Below are positions 38,564 to 46,901 of a stretch of 64,000 bases of DNA, piece by piece. Below the pieces are notes generated by a model. It did no database searches. It worked only from the letters and a program-made list of their open reading frames with translations, and had not been told where the DNA came from. The position numbers and the translations under genes were made by a program. Every line of letters begins with the position of its first letter. The stretch's first letter is position 1. The DNA lies in the IMG/VR virus record IMGVR_UViG_3300030085_002431, positions 1-64,000 of that record; one strand, given 5' to 3'.

Positions 38564-39913
38564 ATGGCTAATAAAGGATTCGGTATAAGAGAACTAACAC
38601 TTATTGAAGGTGCTGGAACTCCGAAATTATCAGTACCTCAAAATTTAGATATTGATGCAGTAGTTGTAGGTATCAGCACTGGACTGGTTGTTGGTGGTGC
38701 TGTGACTATTGCTGGACCTCTTGGAGTAGCAACTATAACATCAACGGGTCGAATCACTGCAACAGAAATTAATGCAGAGTATTATTTTACCGAGTCTGCT
38801 GATAATAATTCCGATTATAATATCCCATTCATGGGAGATGCTACTGGTGGTAATAGTTATTCAGCTCTTCAGGTTGACAATAGTGTATTACAATTCAATC
38901 CTGGCACTAATATACTTAAAACCAATAACCTAGAGGCTTTTGGGTATATTGATGCTGGTAATGGATACATAGGTGATGGTTCACAATTAACAGGAATTGT
39001 TACTTCTGTTGTTGCTGGTAGTGACGTTACAGTTTCACAAACAGGTGGAACAGTAACTATTAATTCAACATCTGGTGTTGGATCGGATGCAAGTGTTAAT
39101 ACAACAGGAATTATTACTGCAGCATCTTTTGATTCAACTGGATTTGGTGCTGCAACGATTCGTGTAGCAGTTGGAAATACACTAAACATTGAAGCTCCAA
39201 TTGTTGCTGTTTCTACTGATATGACAGTAGGTGGTTTAGCAACTATACCTAATTTAAGTGTACCAACACTTGCTGATTTGCCAGTAATTGGACCTGGATT
39301 AGGACAAACAACAAGACTTAATGCAAATCAGGTAGCAATTTCAACTAACTGTAGTATTGGTAATGACCTTACCATTGGAGGAAATATAGGTCTAACTGGA
39401 AATATCAATTCAAATGGTGGAACACTGAATATAAATGCCAATGATTTCCGTGTATTTAATAGTGCAGGAACTGTCAAGAAATTTGATGTCACTAATAGTA
39501 GTGGAATTGTTGCAGACGCAGATTTTGATATCAATGGTCAACTAACAGCCAATTCATATAGAACAGCAACTACGGTAGGTGATGGTCAAGATTTGAGTTA
39601 TGGAATAGTTTATAGCATTGCTGCAAATTCTGGTCAATATCGTATATCTGGTCCAGGTGTTGTAAATACTGTTGATGACCCAACATTATACTTACATAGA
39701 GGATTTACATATGTCTTCGTAAACACAGCTGGTGGTAGTCACCCATTCCGCATCCAGTATACAGGAACAAGCACTGGATATGGCAGTACCTATCTAAGTG
39801 GCAACCAAAGTGGCACACAGGTCTTTACAGTGCCCTTTGATGCTCCATCTACTCTTGAATATGAATGTGTATACCATAGCACCATGAAGGGTAGTCTAAT
39901 TATTCCTACTTGA
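38564..39913 (+). CDS. fibre-like protein with C-terminal cupredoxin-like domain
   Basis: GDGSQLTGIVTS and VNTTGIITA fibre motifs; C-terminal DPTLYLHRGFTYVF...SHPFRIQ...LEYECVYHSTMKG. Confidence 0.8.
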   Translation: MANKGFGIRELTLIEGAGTPKLSVPQNLDIDAVVVGISTGLVVGGAVTIAGPLGVATITSTGRITATEINAEYYFTESADNNSDYNIPFMGDATGGNSYSALQVDNSVLQFNPGTNILKTNNLEAFGYIDAGNGYIGDGSQLTGIVTSVVAGSDVTVSQTGGTVTINSTSGVGSDASVNTTGIITAASFDSTGFGAATIRVAVGNTLNIEAPIVAVSTDMTVGGLATIPNLSVPTLADLPVIGPGLGQTTRLNANQVAISTNCSIGNDLTIGGNIGLTGNINSNGGTLNINANDFRVFNSAGTVKKFDVTNSSGIVADADFDINGQLTANSYRTATTVGDGQDLSYGIVYSIAANSGQYRISGPGVVNTVDDPTLYLHRGFTYVFVNTAGGSHPFRIQYTGTSTGYGSTYLSGNQSGTQVFTVPFDAPSTLEYECVYHSTMKGSLIIPT

Positions 39914-39939
39914 CAAGACTATTTGAATACGTTTATAAT
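39910..39939 (+). promoter_or_regulatory. consensus sigma70-type promoter TTGACA-N18-TATAAT
   Basis: TTGACA 39910-39915 and TATAAT 39934-39939, at the start of a 211-nt intergenic region. Confidence 0.65.
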
Positions 39940-39994
39940 GAGTCTGTGGACGGTCAAAGGTGACTTATATCCTTAAAGACCAGATTCTAACTAA

Positions 39995-40002
39995 CCTAAA
40001 TA
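39995..40002 (+). promoter_or_regulatory. T4-type late promoter (CCTAAATA)
   Basis: Just upstream of the structured leader, 122 nt before ATG 40125. Confidence 0.65.
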
Positions 40003-40011
40003 GTCAAATAT

Positions 40012-40124
40012 GGAAGGTTTCTAGTGACTTATAAGGAAATAAAAGTTGCTGAGATTGGACAGAGTGTTGCGAGTATGCTCTGTTTAGAAACCTTTGTACG
40101 CATTAGAGAGAGGATGCGTTAAGT
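40012..40124 (+). promoter_or_regulatory. candidate structured cis-regulatory 5' leader (three-way junction plus RBS hairpin)
   Basis: AAGGTTTCTA 40014-40023 pairs with TAGAAACCTT 40085-40094; ACAGAG 40059-40064 pairs with CTCTGT 40078-40083; ACGCAT 40098-40103 pairs with ATGCGT 40114-40119 around the purine-rich RBS. Confidence 0.6.
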
Positions 40125-43100
40125 ATGGCTCTCTTTCAATACAACCAAAACAGCATAGTTCCGTTTAGTAGTATTGATTATGGATTTATTAGTGAAACAC
40201 ATACAACATCGGAAGACGAAGGAGATTTAGCAGTAGTTGCTCAGACTACTATTGCTCCAGATGATATTGTCTCCACATATAGTGGTAGTCTTAACATCGT
40301 AACTATTGCCAATACTGGCACTGGTGTTGGAGAGTATGGTGGATTTAATGTAGGAAGACATATTAAATTTACTGGAACAGGTACAAGGTCATTTAGTTTT
40401 GCATTTGATACGAGTAATCGTGAAGAGATAACATTCTCAGTTATTCGTGGTAATGATTCAAATGGTGGTGAACTTACTGATAGTGGTGAAGACCTTTTAT
40501 TTGAATATTCAACTAATGGTGGAAGCACTTGGACTGGAACTCAGACTTTAGTTGCATATAATGATACTACATTTGATACTTTAAATGATGTTACTGTAAC
40601 ACTACCTACAGCAGCAAGAGTATCTAATGCACAGTTTAGAATTAGACAAGCAAGTAATAGTGGTTCTAATTATGACCAATGGGGTGTAACTGCGGTTACT
40701 ATTGGTGGTGAGATACTTACTACTGAAGATTATGGATTCTTAACACCTAATAGTGGTCCTGCGAATCCATACGGTAGACTTAAGATTGTTACAGAGTTTG
40801 CAAACGAAAGACTTGCAAGAACAAGTGTCGGTGGATTTGGATTCCTCCTTCATGGAGATACAAGAATTTTCGTCTTGCCGATTCACGTCGGTTCTGGTTA
40901 TCTCCGACCTGTTGGTCGTGTTGTGGACAGAAGGACAGCCAGACAACTTGGATCTGGCTCCTTCTCAGCCTTCATTGGTTCTGCAGAGGTAAGAAGCAAT
41001 GCAGAGGAAAGTAGAGGTCTATTCAGAATTAGTGGCTCTGCCACAGATAAGCATTTAGAAAATTACGTTGGTGTTGGTAAGCTCAAATTCGCACCAACTA
41101 ATCGTCAACAACCAGGATTCCCAGATTCTTCTGCTGAAGTTAAATTCTCACCAGCAACGAGACCTGCACAGGGACTATTCCCAATCAGGGGTGAGGCTAA
41201 TGTTAATGTTCAGTATCATCAGACGGTTGAAGGTATATTACCTATCGTCAGTGGATCTGCACAAGCAGATAGAGTTGCATATGATTATAACGAATCTTCT
41301 GTAGTCAATGTAGAGACCATTGATTATGGTTTAGTTACTGATGTAACTGCTGACCAGAAGATTAGTGATTATGCTAACGTACAAATTAGTACATTAGCAA
41401 ATGAAGTAGTTGCCAACTTTGGTGAGCATCCAAATTCAGAGAATTACGGCAGTATTTCTCTTGATCCAGAGCAGTCTATTAACACTGTTGGATATAATCA
41501 TATTGATTATGGTTCTATTGCCGATGATGAAAATAGATTCCCATTCGGTAAGTTCCAGTTTGAAGATGAGGGTGACCCAAGATTTGAGTCTGCCAGAATT
41601 GGTATTAGAGTTAGACCTGTTACACCTGGTCCAACATTTAGACTTGCTGGTGAAGCAGGTGTCTTTACTCTACCAATTCACTTTGGTGAAGGATTTACCA
41701 GACTTGGTGGTACTGCAACCACAAGAATTAGAGCAGTCTACTATGGTTCTGGTACATTCTCCAAGTTTGGTGGATCTGCAGAATCTACAGGTGTTGCAGA
41801 AAGAAGAACTGTTCTCTTCAATGTTAAGGGTGATGCACACGCAGTTGTTCGTTTCGTATATATTGGTTCTGGTACACTATTCTCAATTGTCAGCAAGTCT
41901 GAGTCTACAGCAATTGTAGAAAAATCTTCTGCACTATTCAAGTTTACTGGTGCTGGTGTCGAGAAGAATACCGAAGCATATTCAGGAAAAGGTTCTCTCT
42001 TTGGATTTGTATCCAGTTCCGAATCGAAAGTTGTTCAGAGCACTTCCTCTGGACTGTTCAAGTTTACTGGTTCTGGTGTCGAGAAGAATACAGAGAACTA
42101 CGTTGGTCAAGGTTCACTATTCGCAGTTGTCAGCAAAACAGAATCCACAGTTGTTCAGAGCACTGCACAGGCACTGTTCAGATTTACTGGTGCAATTACA
42201 AACGAGCATGTCAGATACCATCAGTTTGGTACTGGTTCACTCTTTGGTCTTTCAAGTACTTCTTATGCAGAGAAGGTTGCATACGATTACAACGAAGATT
42301 CGATTGTCAATGTAGAGCATGAAAATTATGGATTTATTACTGATGCGACTGCTGACCAGAAGATTAGTGATTATGCTAATGAGCAGATTAGCACCTATGC
42401 AAATGAGGTAGTCTTTAACTTTGGTCAGCATCCAAATTCTGAAGACTTTGGTCACATCTCTATTGACCCAGAGCAATCTATTCATACTCATGGTTATAAC
42501 CATGTTGATTATGGATTCATTAATACCACTAATAGATTCCCATTTGGTGGATTTACCTTCGACGATGGCAGTGTTACCTCTGCAACTTCCAAGTTCCAGG
42601 TCAGACTACCTGTTCAAGGTCCTGTATTCCAGGTTAAAGGTGCTGCTGATGTTTATGTACTTCCAGTACATATTGGTGGTGGAGTTACCAGACTTGGTGG
42701 AAATGCCAGAATCAGAATCAGAGCAGTCTACTATGGATCTGGTACTGCATTCTCCTTCGTCAGTGGTGCGGAAGTTACTTGTTCTGTTCCACCAACAGAG
42801 GCACCACTTCTCGACTTCAATGGTACTGCAAGAGAGAGATTTGGAAAGGGCAATTACGATGGCACTGGCACATTCTCTGCATTTACTGGTGCTGCAGAAT
42901 CTACTGTTATCAACAGTGCAGCATCGGGTCTCTTCAAGTTTGTCGGTACTGCTACAGAGAAGAATACCGAAAATTATGTTGGAAATGGTTCTCTCTTTGG
43001 ATTTGTTACAAAGACAGAATCTACTGTTATCAACAGTGCAGCATCTGGACTCTTCAAATTCCTTGGTGGAGCAGTCGAGAAGAACACCGAAAATTATGTT

Positions 43101-46022
43101 GGTTCTGGTACTCTATTTGGATTCGACAGTTCTACAGAAGCAACAGAAGTCACCAGCAAAGCAGACGGTCTCTTCAAGATTTCTGGAGCAGCAACAGACA
43201 TACAAGTTGTATTCAGTCATCGTGGTTCTGGTTCACTCTTCGGAATTGTTGGTCATGCCGAGGCAGTCACATTTGATTATAACTGTCATTCCTCAATTGT
43301 TAATATTGGGGCAGATAATTATGGATTCATCACTGAATCTATATCTGACCAGACAATTTCCGATTATGCTAATGAGCAGATTAGCACCTATGCAAATGAG
43401 GTAGTTTCTGACTTTGGTATTGATCAAAGAACTGAGTCCTTTGGTCATATCTCTATTGACCCTGAACAGTCTATCAATACTCATGGTTATAACCATGAAA
43501 ATTATGGACTTATTACTGAACCAGAAGGTGGTAATAAGTTCCCATGTGTCCACATCCATATTGGTGGAGAAAGACTTACAGAATCCAGAGCACGAGGTTA
43601 TGCTGGTTCTGGTACATTCTCTGCATTCATTGGTGCTGCAGAAGTTGTTGCTCAAACCGACGATACCTTTGGACTATTCAAAGTTCATGGTTCTGCTGGT
43701 GTTGTTGCTTCCCTATCCCATGTTGGTTCTGGTGAAATCAATATTGGTGACTCTGGAATTGATAAGTTTGTTAAGGTCCAGTTCTCCCCACCAACCACTG
43801 GTGTTCTATTCAAGTTCTCTGGTGGACTGGATGTCAGTGGTGTCAAGGAGAGACCATCCGACCTCAAGGCAACATTTGTGGAAGTTGGACATGCAAAACT
43901 CCGCATTGCTGGAGATGCATTTACTACCTTCCATCTTGGACATATTGGAAGTGGTCAATTCGATATCAATGGCAATGCTATCGAGAAGCATACCGAAGCA
44001 TACCTTGGTTCTGGTTCTCTCTTCGCATTCACTGGTGGAGCAGAAAGTCTCACTGTCGATCTTCCAGAATTTGCAACTCTATTCAGATTTGCAGGCAACG
44101 GTATCGAGAAGAATACCGAAAATTATGTTGGTCGTGGTGCTCTGTTTGGATTCGTTTCCAAGACAGAATCTACAACTTCTGCGGAACAACCAAAAGTACT
44201 CTTCAATATCGAAGGTGCTTCTGTCAACAAAATCCTATTCCACTATCCTGGTTCTGGTACATTCTCCAAGTTTGGTGGTGCGGCAGAAGCAAGAGCAGTT
44301 GTCAAGAAAGCAGGTGGTCTGTTCACATTCAGTGGCAACGCACCAGAATCTATCACTCCTGCACCAGAAATTGGTTCTGGTTCTCTATTCACATTTGTTG
44401 GAAAGACAGAAGCATTTGCTGCAAGCGACGACTTTGCACCACCACTATTCAAGATTGGTGGAGATGCAATCATTGGATTCTCTCTTGGTATTATTGGTCG
44501 TGGTGGACTCGATGTTCTTCAGAAAGTCACCAAACTCGACGTTGAAGGCAAAAACAGATTTGTCGGTGCTCAAGAAAGAAGAGCAGTCAACAATCCTGCT
44601 TCTGTACTATTCAGCATCGACGGAAACGTCAAAATCTTCTTTGTCTTCCAAGAAGTTGGTGGTGGATTCACCAGAATTGGTGGAGAAGCATTCACCGAAG
44701 TTACACCTAGACATACTGGTCGTGGTAAGACTTCTCTACATGGTGATGTCACCATGTCTGCTTCCCTATCTCATATTGGATCGGGAACAATCTTCGGATT
44801 TATTGGTGGAGCAGAATCTCGTGCAATAGACCTACCACCACAAAAGGGACTACTCAGATTTGCTGGTACTTCATCAGAAGCATTCCAACGTGGACCAGAA
44901 ATTGGTACTGCTTCTCTACAAATCAAGTCTTCCGACGTATTTGTCAGATTCAAACTCAGTCATATTTCAGATGGTTCCAGAATCCATGTCGATGGAGATG
45001 GAGCAGAAGCAAGAGTCAGACTCTACGAAGGTTCTGGTACACTCTTCGGATTCAGTGGTGCAACAGAATCTCGCACAATCGATCTTCCTCCACAGATTCC
45101 AACACTCTTCGAGTTCAGTGGAAACTCTGGAGAAAGAGAAACCAATGCACATCAAGGTACTGGTTCACTCTTCGGATTCGATTCTGCGACAGAAGTCAGA
45201 ACTGTTTCACCAGAACTTTCTGGTCTCTTCAAGGTTCAGGGTACTGGTGCGGAAGCAAAAACCAAGGTATTTACTGGTTCTGGTACATTCGACCTCAACA
45301 CCAAGACCGATGGTCTCGATGTTTCTGGCAAGCAAGTTTATATCAGTGCTCCAGAAAGAACAACTGTCAATCCACCAGAAGAGACTCAAGTATTCTCCTT
45401 CAATGGTGCCGCAGTTGCAAAAGAACTCAGGTCTCACGCAGGAAAGGGTTCACTCTTCGGATTTACAGGAGCAGCAGAATCCAGAGCAGTTGCACCAGAT
45501 TCTACGGGACTCTTCAAAGTTCAGGGTTCTGGAGAAGAATCCAGAAGTAGAATTTACTCTGGAACAGGAAGAGTATTTGGATTTACTGGTGGAGCAGAAG
45601 CAACTGCTGTTACAGAAAACGTACCAGGTTCTCTCTTCAAATTTACTGGTACTGTTACTGTTATATTTGAAAGAGCACCATTTATTGGTTCTGGTACACT
45701 CTTTGGATTCAGTGGGGCAACAGAAACTACAGCAGTTGCACCACCAGTTGCAACACTCTTCGAGTTCAATGGAAGTGGTGCGGAATCCAGAACAAGAACA
45801 TACCAAGGTTCTGGTACACTTGTCGCATTCAAGTCCGCAACTATTTCCAGACGTGTACCATACAATGCTACACAAGGACTTTTCAAACTTGCTGGAGCAC
45901 TCAAAGAATCTTTTGTTCCTTCTGGATACGTTGGTACGACTGGGGTTCAGTTCATCGGAGCATCTGCAGATAGACGAATTGAATTTGAATCACCGAAACC
46001 AACTCAGATATACATCGTTTAA
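40125..46022 (+). CDS. 1965-aa repetitive virion structural protein with an N-terminal reelin-like beta-sandwich
   Basis: Dozens of roughly 40-aa GSGxLFxFxGxxE repeats; three long (Y/F)DYNxxSIVN modules; LFEYSTNGGSTW...QFRIRQ...DQWGV domain. Confidence 0.8.
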   Translation: MALFQYNQNSIVPFSSIDYGFISETHTTSEDEGDLAVVAQTTIAPDDIVSTYSGSLNIVTIANTGTGVGEYGGFNVGRHIKFTGTGTRSFSFAFDTSNREEITFSVIRGNDSNGGELTDSGEDLLFEYSTNGGSTWTGTQTLVAYNDTTFDTLNDVTVTLPTAARVSNAQFRIRQASNSGSNYDQWGVTAVTIGGEILTTEDYGFLTPNSGPANPYGRLKIVTEFANERLARTSVGGFGFLLHGDTRIFVLPIHVGSGYLRPVGRVVDRRTARQLGSGSFSAFIGSAEVRSNAEESRGLFRISGSATDKHLENYVGVGKLKFAPTNRQQPGFPDSSAEVKFSPATRPAQGLFPIRGEANVNVQYHQTVEGILPIVSGSAQADRVAYDYNESSVVNVETIDYGLVTDVTADQKISDYANVQISTLANEVVANFGEHPNSENYGSISLDPEQSINTVGYNHIDYGSIADDENRFPFGKFQFEDEGDPRFESARIGIRVRPVTPGPTFRLAGEAGVFTLPIHFGEGFTRLGGTATTRIRAVYYGSGTFSKFGGSAESTGVAERRTVLFNVKGDAHAVVRFVYIGSGTLFSIVSKSESTAIVEKSSALFKFTGAGVEKNTEAYSGKGSLFGFVSSSESKVVQSTSSGLFKFTGSGVEKNTENYVGQGSLFAVVSKTESTVVQSTAQALFRFTGAITNEHVRYHQFGTGSLFGLSSTSYAEKVAYDYNEDSIVNVEHENYGFITDATADQKISDYANEQISTYANEVVFNFGQHPNSEDFGHISIDPEQSIHTHGYNHVDYGFINTTNRFPFGGFTFDDGSVTSATSKFQVRLPVQGPVFQVKGAADVYVLPVHIGGGVTRLGGNARIRIRAVYYGSGTAFSFVSGAEVTCSVPPTEAPLLDFNGTARERFGKGNYDGTGTFSAFTGAAESTVINSAASGLFKFVGTATEKNTENYVGNGSLFGFVTKTESTVINSAASGLFKFLGGAVEKNTENYVGSGTLFGFDSSTEATEVTSKADGLFKISGAATDIQVVFSHRGSGSLFGIVGHAEAVTFDYNCHSSIVNIGADNYGFITESISDQTISDYANEQISTYANEVVSDFGIDQRTESFGHISIDPEQSINTHGYNHENYGLITEPEGGNKFPCVHIHIGGERLTESRARGYAGSGTFSAFIGAAEVVAQTDDTFGLFKVHGSAGVVASLSHVGSGEINIGDSGIDKFVKVQFSPPTTGVLFKFSGGLDVSGVKERPSDLKATFVEVGHAKLRIAGDAFTTFHLGHIGSGQFDINGNAIEKHTEAYLGSGSLFAFTGGAESLTVDLPEFATLFRFAGNGIEKNTENYVGRGALFGFVSKTESTTSAEQPKVLFNIEGASVNKILFHYPGSGTFSKFGGAAEARAVVKKAGGLFTFSGNAPESITPAPEIGSGSLFTFVGKTEAFAASDDFAPPLFKIGGDAIIGFSLGIIGRGGLDVLQKVTKLDVEGKNRFVGAQERRAVNNPASVLFSIDGNVKIFFVFQEVGGGFTRIGGEAFTEVTPRHTGRGKTSLHGDVTMSASLSHIGSGTIFGFIGGAESRAIDLPPQKGLLRFAGTSSEAFQRGPEIGTASLQIKSSDVFVRFKLSHISDGSRIHVDGDGAEARVRLYEGSGTLFGFSGATESRTIDLPPQIPTLFEFSGNSGERETNAHQGTGSLFGFDSATEVRTVSPELSGLFKVQGTGAEAKTKVFTGSGTFDLNTKTDGLDVSGKQVYISAPERTTVNPPEETQVFSFNGAAVAKELRSHAGKGSLFGFTGAAESRAVAPDSTGLFKVQGSGEESRSRIYSGTGRVFGFTGGAEATAVTENVPGSLFKFTGTVTVIFERAPFIGSGTLFGFSGATETTAVAPPVATLFEFNGSGAESRTRTYQGSGTLVAFKSATISRRVPYNATQGLFKLAGALKESFVPSGYVGTTGVQFIGASADRRIEFESPKPTQIYIV
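41280..46022 (+). repeat. hierarchical coding repeats: ~1-kb modules starting 41280, 42282, 43272 plus ~120-nt units
   Basis: 44 nt identical at 42369-42412 and 43362-43405; 31 nt identical at 42895-42925 and 43015-43045. Confidence 0.85.
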
Positions 46023-46026
46023 GGCT

Positions 46027-46034
46027 GCTAAATA
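46027..46034 (+). promoter_or_regulatory. T4-type late promoter (GCTAAATA)
   Basis: Intergenic, 22 nt upstream of ATG 46057. Confidence 0.7.
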
Positions 46035-46056
46035 GTTTTATAGAATTCCCATATTA

Positions 46057-46506
46057 ATGGCAAATACTAAACGTGTTCAGATCCGTAAGGGTTCTGAGCC
46101 CGAACATCAGGCTTTTACTGGTGCTCTGGCAGAAATCACTTACGATACTACTAAAAAGTCCATCAGAATGCATGATGGAACAACTTTGGGTGGTTTTGAC
46201 GTACAAAAATCTAGGTACGATTTTTTAAATGGAGCAACCACTCTCGTCACCAATGTTAAGTACTTTGCCGACACCGTAAACGGAGCATACTCCGTTACCT
46301 TGCCTACCTTTAAGGCAATTGGTGACACTATTATTATAGTTGATGCCGAGGCATATTGGGATATAAATAATCTCACGGTGCTAACTCAAAATAATGAAAC
46401 ATTTAAGGATTATACAGGACTAATTGAATCCCCTTTGGTGTGTGACGTTGCTGGTGCGGCAATAGAACTTATTTGGGAAGGCAGTTACTGGAGATTAATC
46501 GCATGA
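46057..46506 (+). CDS. fibre-associated protein with Mtd_N/hyaluronidase-like N-terminal motif
   Basis: KRVQIRKGSEPEHQAFTGALAEITYDTTKKSIRMHDGTTLGG; C-terminal AYSVTLP...IIIVDAEAYW..NNLTV. Confidence 0.75.
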   Translation: MANTKRVQIRKGSEPEHQAFTGALAEITYDTTKKSIRMHDGTTLGGFDVQKSRYDFLNGATTLVTNVKYFADTVNGAYSVTLPTFKAIGDTIIIVDAEAYWDINNLTVLTQNNETFKDYTGLIESPLVCDVAGAAIELIWEGSYWRLIA

Positions 46507-46886
46507 CAATGTTTCTAAGCGGGAGTATGCTCTCTGGATCTGGTGGTGGAGGCGGTGGAGGAAAATTATTTTCACAGCAAAATGATTTTTACATCCATGC
46601 TCTACGCAGAGACTCAGATGGAATGCTTCGTTACACAAAAATAAAAACCACCGATTCAGAAGTTGGTGATTTCCATAGATTAGATGGAACCCCTTATCCT
46701 GACTTCCTTGACGGAGCAGATTACGTAGAAGAGACGACTGAAGAGAAAACGTATACAAATCACCCACAGGATAAATACCAACAGTATAGGTTTGACTTTA
46801 GACGCATCACTTATTTTATTGATGACGATGGATATCTTGTTGCAAGATTTGGAAGTTATGATTACAACACCGAAGGACCTAAGTAA
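46503..46886 (+). CDS. hypothetical protein (probable start 46503 rather than 46473)
   Basis: ATG 46503 forms an ATGA overlap with the previous stop; Gly-run N-terminus; acidic/aromatic core. Confidence 0.7.
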   Translation: MTMFLSGSMLSGSGGGGGGGKLFSQQNDFYIHALRRDSDGMLRYTKIKTTDSEVGDFHRLDGTPYPDFLDGADYVEETTEEKTYTNHPQDKYQQYRFDFRRITYFIDDDGYLVARFGSYDYNTEGPK

Positions 46887-46901
46887 GGAATTTAGCAAAA
46901 A

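Noticed and set aside
39938-39976. 12-codon ORF MSLWTVKGDLYP in the intergenic region
   Set aside because: Its ATG overlaps the -10 hexamer, it has no RBS, and the length is expected by chance.
40753-46035. Long +1-frame ORFs (327, 471, 391 aa and shorter) overlapping the 1965-aa gene
   Set aside because: All lie in one shadow frame, are Leu/Val/Gln-rich with no motifs or RBS, and are explained by the main frame avoiding NTA/NTG codons.
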